Source of the DNA: Candidatus Bathyarchaeia archaeon
GTDB lineage: Archaea; Thermoproteota; Bathyarchaeia; Bathyarchaeales; Bathycorpusculaceae
NCBI GenBank assembly: GCA_038883775.1
Contig: JAVZLM010000001.1
Coordinates: forward strand, 1 to 64,000
Direction: 5' to 3'
Length of the DNA stretch: 64,000 nt
Part shown: positions 29,660 to 40,555 of the stretch, one piece after another
Numbering within the stretch: the first letter of the stretch is position 1
Layout: every line of letters starts with the position of its first letter
The notes under the pieces: model-generated
The model's input: the letters and a program-made list of their open reading frames with translations, nothing else
Database searches by the model: none
What the model was told of the DNA's origin: nothing
Translations under genes and position numbers: made by a program

Positions 29660-30344
29660 TTAAATGGTCACCATCATTAAAAATTCGAGAAACTTCCTCA
29701 GAAATCATTCTCAAATCTTGTGAGGATATTTCTTCCCTCTTTAAGGGTTGAAGCCCACACAAATACACGCCATTTTCAATGCGCTGCACATGCAATTTGC
29801 AAATGGGTATCTTAAACACTTCGTAAACCTTAGCCGAAATTCTCCTCACATTTTCTTCTAGATCGCATTTTCCGAAAATAGACTTGAATGAAAGCATTTT
29901 TCCCCTTAAAGGTTGTACGCAAACATCAAATTTGTAGTTCATACCCAAACTTTTTATGGCTCTGTAAAGGGCGCTTCTATTCTTTGCAATTTTGTACCCA
30001 TCATAAGAGAAGGGGTTGACCGCGAAAACAATGACTGGAAAATTAAATTGGGAAATTATTTGTTTCACCGAATCCGTTATAATATAGGGAGTCGTTGGAA
30101 TTCCAGCCTTCGAAGCTCTAAGCAACAAAAGAGGAGTTCTATAAGCGTCTAGAATGCTTTCGCTTGGTGGAATAACTGGGTTGCCCAAAACTTCAGCGTG
30201 TAATGAAACGTAATATCCAGTTTTTAAATACCTATAATCATTGTTTATGTTGAGAGTGAAGTCTTTAACTGAAGATTCAAGGAAAGTCGACGGTTTCATA
30301 ATGGGCAAGTTTGTCGTTAGGTCGACGTTTGATACGACCAACAC
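29652..30344 (-). CDS. RimK-like ATP-grasp N-terminal (RLAN) domain protein
   Basis: NINNDYRYLKTGYYVSLHAE..G..V.P RLAN signature followed by a degenerate ATP-grasp-like region; overlaps the next gene by 8 nt. Confidence 0.8.
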   Translation of the reverse strand: MLVVSNVDLTTNLPIMKPSTFLESSVKDFTLNINNDYRYLKTGYYVSLHAEVLGNPVIPPSESILDAYRTPLLLLRASKAGIPTTPYIITDSVKQIISQFNFPVIVFAVNPFSYDGYKIAKNRSALYRAIKSLGMNYKFDVCVQPLRGKMLSFKSIFGKCDLEENVRRISAKVYEVFKIPICKLHVQRIENGVYLCGLQPLKREEISSQDLRMISEEVSRIFNDGDHLIV

Positions 30345-30376
30345 GCATATGACACCAGATTATTGAATGCACGGTA

Positions 30377-31645
30377 TTGCACCAGTCATATTTAAAATTA
30401 ACTGTAATCTTATATCACCATTTCAGAACCAAATATAATGAAGAGGAGCAGAATACGTACAAAACCCTAGAAGTCTTGGGTCCAGAACACGAATTTTCAC
30501 TCGTCAACGAAGAATTTAAGGCATTACCAATAGTGGACAAAGTCATAAAGGACTTTCGCGGGCGCATAGTAAACTTTGTAAAACAATCCTACTTCACCTT
30601 TGGAAAAGAACTCCAACTGCACGTTATGGAAATCAAACCCAACATGCCATTCAAATCTCCAATACGCTTCGAAGAAACGATGCATAAAGCAGTTTTAACC
30701 ATCGCAGACTTTCTAAAAAACAAATATGGAGCATACCTCTTAGGAACAGGAATGCACCCATTACTCATGCTTGAAGAAACCATGATCTGGCCCCATCGCC
30801 ACAGACAAATTTACCAAGCTTACAGCAAAGTTTTCAACCTTAAACAGCACGGATGGCTTAACATTCAAAGCTTCCAACTAAACATTCCATATTTTAATGA
30901 GAAAAAGGCTGTTTTAATGCATAACATTCTTGCGGAAGTTTGTACGTATCTGCCAGCAATTTCAGCGGCATCGCCCATTTATGAAGGGAAATTTGGCGTC
31001 TACGTGGATAACCGATTACATTTTTATATGATAAACCAGAAGGAAGTAAATTCGGTAACAGGCGACGTAATCCCAGAATACGTATCCTCTTTTGCCCAGT
31101 ATAGGAAAGAAATTATAGAGAAATACTCCATGGAATTAGCCCAAAAAGGCGTAGGCAGATGCCTTCTCAATAAAGACTGGGTTAACTCCCGCGGAGCAAT
31201 TTTCCGATTTGACAGAAAAGCCATCGAAATAAGAATTATGGACGAGCAAGAATGCATAAAATCAGACGTTGCCTTAAGTTGCTTTTTAAGGGCGCTATTA
31301 AGAGGGCTAATGAAGAGTGAACCTAACCTTTTGCACCATGAAATTCTTGTGAAAGATTTTAACTCCGTTATAGCCGAAGGATTAAACGCAAAGGTCTCGC
31401 ATCCAAAGGGAAAAACTGCCAAACAAGTATGTGAACACTTTTTCAAAATTGCGTTGGAAAATGCTTCAAAAGAAGAAAAGAGATACCTTCCACTGATACA
31501 GAAGAGGATTGAACGCGGCAACTTATCCGAAATTATAAGGGAAAGAGTTCAAAGAAAAGCGCAAAAAACAGATTTAAAAGAAGCAATCATAAGCATTTAC
31601 TCAAGTCTCGTGAAAAGCCTTATGAAGAATCAACCCTACTTCTGA
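30377..31645 (+). CDS. Glutamate--cysteine ligase family 2 (GCS2) protein; start uncertain
   Basis: GPEHEF, KELQLHVMEIK, GTGMHP, HGWLNIQS.QLN, SAASP.YEG, NSRGAI.RF.R.AIEIR..D.QEC. Confidence 0.88.
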   Translation: MHQSYLKLTVILYHHFRTKYNEEEQNTYKTLEVLGPEHEFSLVNEEFKALPIVDKVIKDFRGRIVNFVKQSYFTFGKELQLHVMEIKPNMPFKSPIRFEETMHKAVLTIADFLKNKYGAYLLGTGMHPLLMLEETMIWPHRHRQIYQAYSKVFNLKQHGWLNIQSFQLNIPYFNEKKAVLMHNILAEVCTYLPAISAASPIYEGKFGVYVDNRLHFYMINQKEVNSVTGDVIPEYVSSFAQYRKEIIEKYSMELAQKGVGRCLLNKDWVNSRGAIFRFDRKAIEIRIMDEQECIKSDVALSCFLRALLRGLMKSEPNLLHHEILVKDFNSVIAEGLNAKVSHPKGKTAKQVCEHFFKIALENASKEEKRYLPLIQKRIERGNLSEIIRERVQRKAQKTDLKEAIISIYSSLVKSLMKNQPYF

Positions 31646-31649
31646 AACA

Positions 31650-32204
31650 TTGGAGGAAATCTCTCTCATGATCAGCAAAAGACAAGAAGACTTCTATAAC
31701 GTTTGCGCCAACTGCAAAATTAGTTGTTGTCAGAACGCAAGACCACCAATAACGGGTGAACGCAAAAAAATTATAGAGGAATACCTAAAAGCGCAGAAAA
31801 TTCCCATAAAAAACCCCTTCACAAAAACAGCGTATACTTTTCCAAGTGAAGATGCGGAAGGATATTGCGTATTTTATGATAAACAAACAAGAAAATGCAA
31901 AGTCCACCCAGTAAAACCAGAAACCTGCGTGGCTGGACCGATAACCTTTGACATAAACATGCAAACACAAAAAATCGAGTGGTATCTTAAAATGGAAAAA
32001 ATATGTCCTCTCGCCGGTGTTCTATATAAAAATGGTGAAGTGCTTAAAAAACATCTGGAGTCAGCTAAAAAAGAAATCCTTAGACTTGTGTACGAACTTG
32101 AGCCAGAAGCTTTGAGAACTATACTAAAAATAGAAGAACCTGAAACTTTCAAGGTAGACGAGAACACAATTGGAAATGACATCCTTTACAAGTTGAAAAG
32201 TTAG
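31650..32204 (+). CDS. YkgJ-family (CxxCxxxCC) Zn/Fe-chelating protein
   Basis: CANCKISCC...C.FYD....C.VH..KPETC..GP...CP. Confidence 0.85.
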   Translation: MEEISLMISKRQEDFYNVCANCKISCCQNARPPITGERKKIIEEYLKAQKIPIKNPFTKTAYTFPSEDAEGYCVFYDKQTRKCKVHPVKPETCVAGPITFDINMQTQKIEWYLKMEKICPLAGVLYKNGEVLKKHLESAKKEILRLVYELEPEALRTILKIEEPETFKVDENTIGNDILYKLKS

Positions 32205-32340
32205 CGGTTATACAAGATTTTAGCCTCTTGATAAAAACTTTTGGCAGGTTCAACTGGATTAGCCGCGGAAAGTTTAGGTCAGATTCGAATTTTGAATTCA
32301 TAACTTATTTATCCGTTTCATTAGCTCTTTAAAAGCAAAG

Positions 32341-33039
32341 GTGAACCGCGTGTCCATAGAGAAAATTAGTGTAGAAAGTCGTCATGAATTGGAGCAAATG
32401 ATAACGAATGAGATAAATCAGATAGAAAAGGGTTTAACGGTGATTTGCAGCAACGTCCCTATAAACGAAAAGGCATCATTAGACATTTTATGCCATGACA
32501 ACAATGGGCAACTCGTCATTCTTCAGTTGGATGTGAAGGAAGATGACATTATGCTTTTGCATGGAATACAAAGCGTAGACTATGTTGACAAGTTTAAATC
32601 ATTTCTGAAAGCCACATACAACAAACACAAAATTGATGACAAGGAAAAACCAAGACTGATTTTGATTGCTCCAAGCTTTTCCGATGCTGTGCGCCGGGCA
32701 GTTGAAGGCATGAAAGGAATACGCATAGACTTATATGAGTGGGAATACCTAAAACTCGGAGACCATAAAGGCCTCCGTCTCCAACCCATTTTTACATGGA
32801 AGCCGGTTGAAAAACCAAAGGAAGAAAAGCCTGTAGAAAAAAAGCGTGAAGTAAAGCCTTTAAAGAAAAAGGAGCATGAATCCGAACTAGGCGAAAAAAA
32901 GGAAGAGGCAGAACAGTCAAAACCCCCATTGGAGCCACCAAAGGAGGAGTTTCCACCGCCTTTGCCACCAGAAAAACCAAAGGAAGAACCCTTAACGCCA
33001 CCGAAGGAAGAGCCTAAAAGGAAGCTAAAACTATTCTAA
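32341..33039 (+). CDS. NucS/DUF91-like PD-(D/E)XK-fold protein, probably inactive, with a Pro/Lys/Glu-rich tail
   Basis: E..LE..I......IEKGL, DILC.D..G.LVIL, Q...Y, PRLILIAP.FS; the ExK motif reads QLD. Confidence 0.65.
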   Translation: MNRVSIEKISVESRHELEQMITNEINQIEKGLTVICSNVPINEKASLDILCHDNNGQLVILQLDVKEDDIMLLHGIQSVDYVDKFKSFLKATYNKHKIDDKEKPRLILIAPSFSDAVRRAVEGMKGIRIDLYEWEYLKLGDHKGLRLQPIFTWKPVEKPKEEKPVEKKREVKPLKKKEHESELGEKKEEAEQSKPPLEPPKEEFPPPLPPEKPKEEPLTPPKEEPKRKLKLF

Positions 33040-33104
33040 AACCGCTCAGTTCCATCATCATGTTTGCTATAAAATTCTAAACGCAGAATTTTACTGGTGA
33101 TTTT

Positions 33105-34403
33105 TTGAGAATTGGCTTTTTTGTCTGGGAATACCCACCTGCACTTGTGGGTGGTTTAGGCACTTATGCCGAATACATAACTCGAGAATTTGTTTCTATG
33201 GGAAATGATGTAACTGTTTTTACGCTTAATCCTGGAAACTTGAAAACCAGAGAAATAATTAAGGGTGTGGAGGTTCACAGACCCCTTATTGCGGATGCGA
33301 GCAATGTTTTCCCCATGTTCGTTATTGACGACTTGAAAAAGTGGGGAACAAACATTCGCCTTTTTAATGACATTTTCATTTACAACATATTGAGCGCAAC
33401 AAAATTCATAAATAGCATGCTAAAAAAGGAAGGATGCAACTACGACGTAGTCTGCGTCCATGACTGGCTCAGCAGCATAGCAGGCATTATAATAAAAAAT
33501 GAGACAAAAGTTCCCATGATTTTTCATGTTCACAGCACAGAATGGGGCAGAAGCGGAGGAACAGGTTCCGAAGTTGTCTCCTATCTTGAATGGGCAACAG
33601 CCCAACGAGCTGACAAAATAATCACGGTAAGCCATGCCATGCAAGAAGACTTGGTGAGACATGGATGGCCAAAATCCAAAATAAGCGTTGTCTGGAACGG
33701 GGTTGACCCAGCTCGTTACAATCCGAAAAACTGCAAACCCGAAGAAGTGGAAGCCATTCGGAATAGGTATGGCATTAAACCCGACGAAAAAATGCTGCTT
33801 TTCCTTGGAAGGTTGACGTGGGTTAAGGGTGTTGGAAACTTAATTCAAGCAATGCCCATGGTTTTAGAGGAGTATCCAAAAGCCAAACTTGTGGTTTTGG
33901 GAAAAGGTGAACAGCAAAACGACATAATTGAAACTGCAAATAGGCTTGGAATAAGCAACAAAATTGCCTACAGATTCGATTTCGTTCCAGAAAAAGAACG
34001 CATCTTACACTACGCAGCAGCTGACGTTTGCATCTTCCCATCTACATACGAGCCTTTTGGAATAGTAAGCTTAGAAGCTATGGCTATGGCTAAACCATTA
34101 GTTGTAGGAGCCCAAGGCGTTGTGGGCTTCAGAGAACAAGTCATCTCATGCGGACCAGACCAAAACGGCGTCCACGTAAATGGTGGCAATGCGGCTGATA
34201 TTGCATGGGGAATAAAGGAAGTGTTATGCGATTCTGAAAGAGCCAAAAAATGGGGAGAAAATGGCAGAAAACGGGTGCTGCAATACTTTACATGGAAAAA
34301 GGTTGCAGAGCAAACCCTACAAATATACCATTCGCTCCAACACCCGCAAGAAGAAGGAGAACCAAAAGTCGTAGATTTAATGGAGAAATTGACAAAGACA
34401 TAA
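33105..34403 (+). CDS. GT4 glycosyltransferase (paralog of 15673-16923)
   Basis: EYPP..VGGLG, HDW, FLGRL..VKG, PSTYEPFGIVSLEAM. Confidence 0.9.
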   Translation: MRIGFFVWEYPPALVGGLGTYAEYITREFVSMGNDVTVFTLNPGNLKTREIIKGVEVHRPLIADASNVFPMFVIDDLKKWGTNIRLFNDIFIYNILSATKFINSMLKKEGCNYDVVCVHDWLSSIAGIIIKNETKVPMIFHVHSTEWGRSGGTGSEVVSYLEWATAQRADKIITVSHAMQEDLVRHGWPKSKISVVWNGVDPARYNPKNCKPEEVEAIRNRYGIKPDEKMLLFLGRLTWVKGVGNLIQAMPMVLEEYPKAKLVVLGKGEQQNDIIETANRLGISNKIAYRFDFVPEKERILHYAAADVCIFPSTYEPFGIVSLEAMAMAKPLVVGAQGVVGFREQVISCGPDQNGVHVNGGNAADIAWGIKEVLCDSERAKKWGENGRKRVLQYFTWKKVAEQTLQIYHSLQHPQEEGEPKVVDLMEKLTKT

Positions 34404-34416
34404 AAAAGGGAGAGCT

Positions 34417-35646
34417 TTAGGCTTTTCTAGCTGCAGCCTTTTCTAGGGCTATAACGCCTGGCAACTTTTTACCCATCAGAAACTCTATTAGTGCTCCACC
34501 TGCTGTGCTAACATAGGAGATTTTGTTTGATAAACCAAGTTTTTCTAGTGATGATATTGTATGACCGCCTCCAGCAAGCGAGAAGGCTTTTGATTTAGCT
34601 ATTTCTTCAAAAACCCTTTTTGTCCCATAGATGAATTCGCTGTTTTCAAAAACTCCCATGGGTCCGCTGACTACAATGGATTTTGCAGCCTTTATTGTGG
34701 TGGCGTAATCCTCAACCGTTTTCGCTCCAATGTCAAAGATTTGATAGTTTACTGGCAATTCATTGATGGAAACTTCTTTCCTTTTTCCATCAACCTCAAC
34801 AGCCACATCCTTCGGGGTTTTAATCTTGTCCGGATATTTCTGCATCAGCTCTTTTATGCCTGGCACTAAGCCCATGAGCGCTTTCTTTTCTAAAAATTCC
34901 ATGTTGGGTTTGCCAAGGTTTATGCCCTTTGCTGCGAGGAAGACGTGTCCAACAACGCCGCCTGTTAAGACATAATCTGCTATTTTGTTGTTTAATACGT
35001 ATCTTGATATTTCCAGCGAGTCGTCAGCCTTTGCTCCTCCAAGAATGAAAACGCATGGTTTTTCTGGGTTCTCTAAAACTTTGCTTAGGGATTTGAGTTC
35101 TCTTTCCATTATGCGTCCTGCGGCGCTTGGCAAAACAGCCGTAAAGCCTATTATTGAAATGTGGGCTCTGTGAGCTGCTGCAAAGGCATCATTTACGAAT
35201 AGTTGGGCTAGTGGAGCCAAATTTTTGACAAAATCCGTTTTTGCATGTTCTTCCGGCGTGCCCTCTTTTGTTTCGTTTGCATATGTTCTAACGTTTTCTA
35301 GGACGAGGATTTCGCCGTTTTTTAAATTTTTTATTTCAGTTTTGGCTTTTTCTCCGAAAACATCATCCACATATTTTACTGGTTTTCCCAAAATTTTGCT
35401 GAGGATTTCGGCGTGCTGTTTTAATGGTATAAAATCTGGGTCGCCCTTTCGTCCTTGATGAGCCAAAACCACAACTTTCGCGCCTTTATCCGCCAACTCT
35501 TTTATGGTTGTTTCGCCGTGGGCTCGAATCCTCACATCTTCCAAGATTTTTTTGGTTTCTGGATCCACAGCTGAGTTAAAGTCCACTCGAACAAGAACGA
35601 CTTTACCTTTCACTTCCACGTCATCCAATGTGAGAAACTTTACCAT
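34417..35646 (-). CDS. pgk: Phosphoglycerate kinase
   Basis: VRVDFN, AHQGR, LENVR, NDAFAAAHR, LGGAK, GPMGVFE, GGGH, STAGGA. Confidence 0.96.
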   Translation of the reverse strand: MVKFLTLDDVEVKGKVVLVRVDFNSAVDPETKKILEDVRIRAHGETTIKELADKGAKVVVLAHQGRKGDPDFIPLKQHAEILSKILGKPVKYVDDVFGEKAKTEIKNLKNGEILVLENVRTYANETKEGTPEEHAKTDFVKNLAPLAQLFVNDAFAAAHRAHISIIGFTAVLPSAAGRIMERELKSLSKVLENPEKPCVFILGGAKADDSLEISRYVLNNKIADYVLTGGVVGHVFLAAKGINLGKPNMEFLEKKALMGLVPGIKELMQKYPDKIKTPKDVAVEVDGKRKEVSINELPVNYQIFDIGAKTVEDYATTIKAAKSIVVSGPMGVFENSEFIYGTKRVFEEIAKSKAFSLAGGGHTISSLEKLGLSNKISYVSTAGGALIEFLMGKKLPGVIALEKAAARKA

Positions 35647-35688
35647 TCTTCCACCTCACATTAAAAAGAAAATGAGGGAGGTTGAAGG

Positions 35689-36702
<1,014 letters not shown>

Positions 36703-36798
36703 TTACTTTTCACCTACTCTCCAATTTTGAATTATCTAATCGAAGTTTTCCCCTAATTAATTTTCCGACTGCCTTTTTAGAGGAAATATGAATTAGAT

Positions 36799-38145
36799 TT
36801 AGCGTAGCTTCATCAGAACCATTTCTGCAGCCAAAACCAATGGCTCCCAAGTTTCGCAAACCGGCGGCGCATAAGCAGTATCTGCCTTAGCAAGTTCTCG
36901 CACTGTCATCTGTTTTTGTATGGCAAAGGATATGGCATTTATGCGTTGGGTTACCTCTTCACCGCCTATGATTTGGGCGCCTATTATACGCTGAGACTCT
37001 TTTTCAACAACCAATTTCACTTTTATCGGCAAAGCACCAGGATAGTAGTCAGCCCTAGTCTTTGAGGATATAGTGCCAGTAACAGTTTCTATTCGTGCCC
37101 TTTGGGCTGCTGCCTCTGTCAAGCCTGTTACGCCAACTTGTGTGTCATATAACTGTGTCACAGCAGAGCCTAAAACACCGGTGAAAAGGGCATAGCCTCC
37201 AGCAGCGTTTATTCCAGCAACTTTTCCTTGCCTTACAGCCACAGTTCCCAGTTGTTGAAGGGCTGGTTTTTGTGTTACTATATGAGTAGATTCTGCACAA
37301 TCGCCAACTGCATAAACATCTTTCATATTTGTTTCCATTCTGGCGTTGGTTTTGATGGCTCTTGTTTCTCCTTGGGCTATTCCAGCGTCCACGGCAAGTT
37401 GTGTGTTTGCTCTAACGCCGAAGGCGCTGACGAAAAGATCTGCGTTTATCTGTTCTCCTCCAGCCATTATGCCCGTAACTTTTTCTGTGCCGAGAAATTC
37501 TTCAACTGGCTTGTTTGTAAGGATTCTTATTTCTTTTTGTTCTAGCATTTCCTGAACCATTTTTGCTATGTCTGTGTCAAGCATTGCTGGCAAAATTTGA
37601 GGCAGCATTTCCACAACAGTCACTTTTAGCCCTCTTTCTTGTAGGGCGACGGCAGTTTCTAAGCCTATGAGTCCAGCGCCCATGACAACGGCTGACTTTG
37701 CACCTTCTTCGACTGCTTGGTTTATTCTTTGTCCGTCCTCTATTGTTCTTAGGGGAATTATTCCAGGTTTTTCTCTTCCCTTTATTGGCGGTGTGAAGGC
37801 GCTTGCACCAGTGGCTATTATTAGGCTGTCGTAGGGAATTTCGTCTGTTTTCCCAGTTTTATCGGTTGTTAAAACAACTTTTTTGGTTGCATCTATTTTT
37901 GTCACTTTTGTTTCTGTTTTTAGGTTAAGTTTCATCATTTGGAAGTAGCTTGACGGGAAAACTATTAAGTCGTTAAAGCTTGGTATGTGTCCGCCTATGA
38001 CGAAAGGTAAGCCACAGCGGGAATAACCAGCATGTCTCTCATCTGTTATTAGGGTTATTTCTGCTGTGCGATCTGTTTTTCTTGCTGCAGATGCTGCGTC
38101 AACTCCAGCGGCGTGAGCCCCTATTATGACTATGCGTCTAGGCAT
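36799..38145 (-). CDS. FAD-dependent pyridine nucleotide-disulfide oxidoreductase (NADH oxidase / CoA-disulfide reductase family)
   Basis: IIGA.AAG, YSRCGLP (single redox Cys), ATGA, GAGLIGLE, AVGDC, YAPP. Confidence 0.9.
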   Translation of the reverse strand: MPRRIVIIGAHAAGVDAASAARKTDRTAEITLITDERHAGYSRCGLPFVIGGHIPSFNDLIVFPSSYFQMMKLNLKTETKVTKIDATKKVVLTTDKTGKTDEIPYDSLIIATGASAFTPPIKGREKPGIIPLRTIEDGQRINQAVEEGAKSAVVMGAGLIGLETAVALQERGLKVTVVEMLPQILPAMLDTDIAKMVQEMLEQKEIRILTNKPVEEFLGTEKVTGIMAGGEQINADLFVSAFGVRANTQLAVDAGIAQGETRAIKTNARMETNMKDVYAVGDCAESTHIVTQKPALQQLGTVAVRQGKVAGINAAGGYALFTGVLGSAVTQLYDTQVGVTGLTEAAAQRARIETVTGTISSKTRADYYPGALPIKVKLVVEKESQRIIGAQIIGGEEVTQRINAISFAIQKQMTVRELAKADTAYAPPVCETWEPLVLAAEMVLMKLR

Positions 38146-38157
38146 AAGTTTCCATCT

Positions 38158-38568
38158 CTACTTTATCAGTGTCTTATGCCACTCCACTGCTTGGTTAAAG
38201 TTCATTAGGTTTGGCAGTTCTCCTTGCAAGTTTGATGGTTTTATTATTAGCAACCAGCCTTTTCCATAAGGGTCTTCGTTTAATAGTTCAGGTTTTGATT
38301 GGACTTCCGTGTTTACTTCTAATATTTCTCCGCTTATTGGCGCGACCAAGTCTGAAACGGCTTTTACTGATTCCACTGTTCCGTATGGCTCGTTCTGTTT
38401 TGTCATGGTTCCAGGGCTTGGCAGTTCCGCATAAACTATTTCTCTTAGTTGTTTTTGGGCGTAGTCTGTTATGCCTACGCGAACTTTGTCTCCTTCAATT
38501 TTTAGCCATTCAAAATCTTTTGTGTAATACAATCCCTCTGGCACTTCATATCCGTCTACTTTCACCAT
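38158..38568 (-). CDS. gcvH: Glycine cleavage H-like lipoyl carrier protein
   Basis: EW......VRVGITDYAQ, VESVKAVSD lipoyl-Lys motif, N.DPYG.GW. Start placed at MVKVDG (GAGGTGG RBS). Confidence 0.92.
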   Translation of the reverse strand: MVKVDGYEVPEGLYYTKDFEWLKIEGDKVRVGITDYAQKQLREIVYAELPSPGTMTKQNEPYGTVESVKAVSDLVAPISGEILEVNTEVQSKPELLNEDPYGKGWLLIIKPSNLQGELPNLMNFNQAVEWHKTLIK

Positions 38569-38812
38569 ATTTCCACCTCTAATTGGTGCTAATTCTTTTA
38601 CGTTTAAACGTTTAAAATTAACTGTTAAAACAATGTTCACTTATCATAATAAACGAAGAAAATTATATTACAAGCTGATTTTTTCGTCAAGTTTAACTTA
38701 AATAAGCGATAAAATGTTCTTCTTATCAATTAAAGATGTTGAAGATTAATCTTTGAACCATAAAACTTAAGGTGAAAATCTGATTATACATGAGGCGTTA
38801 GGTGTAAATGTT

Positions 38813-39349
38813 ATGGGGAAAACAGCCCTAATAACGCCATTATACATTTCAGTGGCGTGGACATTACTTGTTAGTTATCAGCTTTTCACTCAAACAGCGG
38901 TTTCCACTGTTGTATCCTATATTACTATGGTTTTGCCTGAAATAGGGTGGTGGATGAGTTACCGAATAGACATGTTGGTTTTTGTTCATGCTTTTGCATG
39001 GATTTTTCTGCTTTCCTCTGCTATTCCATCGGTTCTGTTGGGAAAACAGAGAAGCGTACTAATTCAGTTTGCAGTTTGCTTAACATTGACGTTTCTGGCT
39101 TTCATAATACAAGATTTACTGAAAGTTTATGAAATAGAACCAATAAGTCAGTTGCTCGGCCTTTGCTTTCTATTTCAGAATCCTATTTTTGCTACACTCT
39201 ATCTTTCTACTCCATACGTTTTCATGCTATTACTTGACATAGGTTTAAGGAAGAGACGTCGCGAAGACGTTGAATTCGAAAAAATCAAAACAATCTACAA
39301 GGAACAAGTCGTAGCTGAACAAAAAACGAACTCAGCAAACAATAAATAA
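38813..39349 (+). CDS. Hypothetical multi-pass membrane protein
   Basis: About 4 hydrophobic segments; AGGTG RBS. Confidence 0.7.
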   Translation: MGKTALITPLYISVAWTLLVSYQLFTQTAVSTVVSYITMVLPEIGWWMSYRIDMLVFVHAFAWIFLLSSAIPSVLLGKQRSVLIQFAVCLTLTFLAFIIQDLLKVYEIEPISQLLGLCFLFQNPIFATLYLSTPYVFMLLLDIGLRKRRREDVEFEKIKTIYKEQVVAEQKTNSANNK

Positions 39350-39355
39350 TTCAGT

Positions 39356-40435
39356 TTATGTTTTTCTTTTTCCTTGTATGTATTCTTCCACCCATTCTTT
39401 TGCAGTTGAATCTGGCACTTGTATTGGTGGATGCTTAAATGCGTAAGAAGATATGCTTATGAGGGGTCCAGCTATTTTTCTGTCCAATGCGATTTTCACA
39501 GCCCTTATAACATCAATCACTACTCCGGCGCTGTTCGGCGAATCCTCAACCTCAAGTTTTACGCTTATGGTTAATGGTCTGTCGCCAAACTTTCTGCCCT
39601 TAAGCCACAAGTAACAAATCTTCTTATTTCCAAGAAAATGTACGTAATCCGATGGTCCTATTCTTGTTGGCAAATCATATGGGACAAGGCTTTTAACGGC
39701 TTCCGTCTTGCTTATGCGTTTAGTCTTTAAGCGTTCTTCAACGGTCATATTCAAAAAGTCCGTGTCTCCGCCAAGGTTTAACTGATAAGTTTCGTCAACA
39801 ATTACTCCTCTATCTACGCATAGCTTAACCAAGTTTCGATGGAGAATTGTTGCGCCTAACTGGCTTTTAACGTCGTCTCCTGCCACTGGTAATCCCTTTT
39901 CTTCAAATTTTTTACTCCATGAAGGGTCTGAGGCTATGAACTCTGGTATGCAATTTATGAAGGCGCATCCAGCATCCAAGGCTGCTTGTGCATAAAACTG
40001 TGTGGCGTTTCGGCTTCCAACAGGCAAATAATTAATGAGCATATCTGCGTCAACTTTTTTCAAAGTTTCAGCTATATCCATAGTCTTAATTTCACCGCCA
40101 TTGTAAACGTTAAAGGGCTTTTTCATGTGTTCTGCTACGCCATCAAGAATTGGTGCAGGCGAAACTTTCACGCCTAAGTGTGGTACATCGGCAAATTTGG
40201 CGACACAATTTGGCTCTGTGAATATGGCTTCTGACAAATCTTTCCCGATTTTATTTTTGTTGACATCGAAAGCGGCGACAAATTTTATATCCCTTATATG
40301 ATATCCGCCGAAGTTTACATGCATGAGCCCCGGCACACGTTCTTTTTCTTCAGCGTTTTTATAATATTCTACTCCTTGAATTAGGGCGGATGCGCTGTTG
40401 CCTACTCCAGTTATCGCTACACGAATTTCAGTCAA
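39356..40435 (-). CDS. ino1: Inositol-3-phosphate synthase
   Basis: GVGN.ASALIQG, NYLPVGS, GDDVKSQLGAT, YQLNLGG.TDFLN, KRISKT, DSPNSAG. Confidence 0.95.
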   Translation of the reverse strand: MTEIRVAITGVGNSASALIQGVEYYKNAEEKERVPGLMHVNFGGYHIRDIKFVAAFDVNKNKIGKDLSEAIFTEPNCVAKFADVPHLGVKVSPAPILDGVAEHMKKPFNVYNGGEIKTMDIAETLKKVDADMLINYLPVGSRNATQFYAQAALDAGCAFINCIPEFIASDPSWSKKFEEKGLPVAGDDVKSQLGATILHRNLVKLCVDRGVIVDETYQLNLGGDTDFLNMTVEERLKTKRISKTEAVKSLVPYDLPTRIGPSDYVHFLGNKKICYLWLKGRKFGDRPLTISVKLEVEDSPNSAGVVIDVIRAVKIALDRKIAGPLISISSYAFKHPPIQVPDSTAKEWVEEYIQGKRKT

Positions 40436-40555
40436 TTTTAGTTTTCTCCTTTAAGCTTTCGTTAAGGCTTTTAGAAGCTGTCTGCTCTATAACTTTTTCT
40501 GGAATCATAGCAAAATTAAAAGGGAACCTTAAATTATACACAATTTTCGGAGCGC

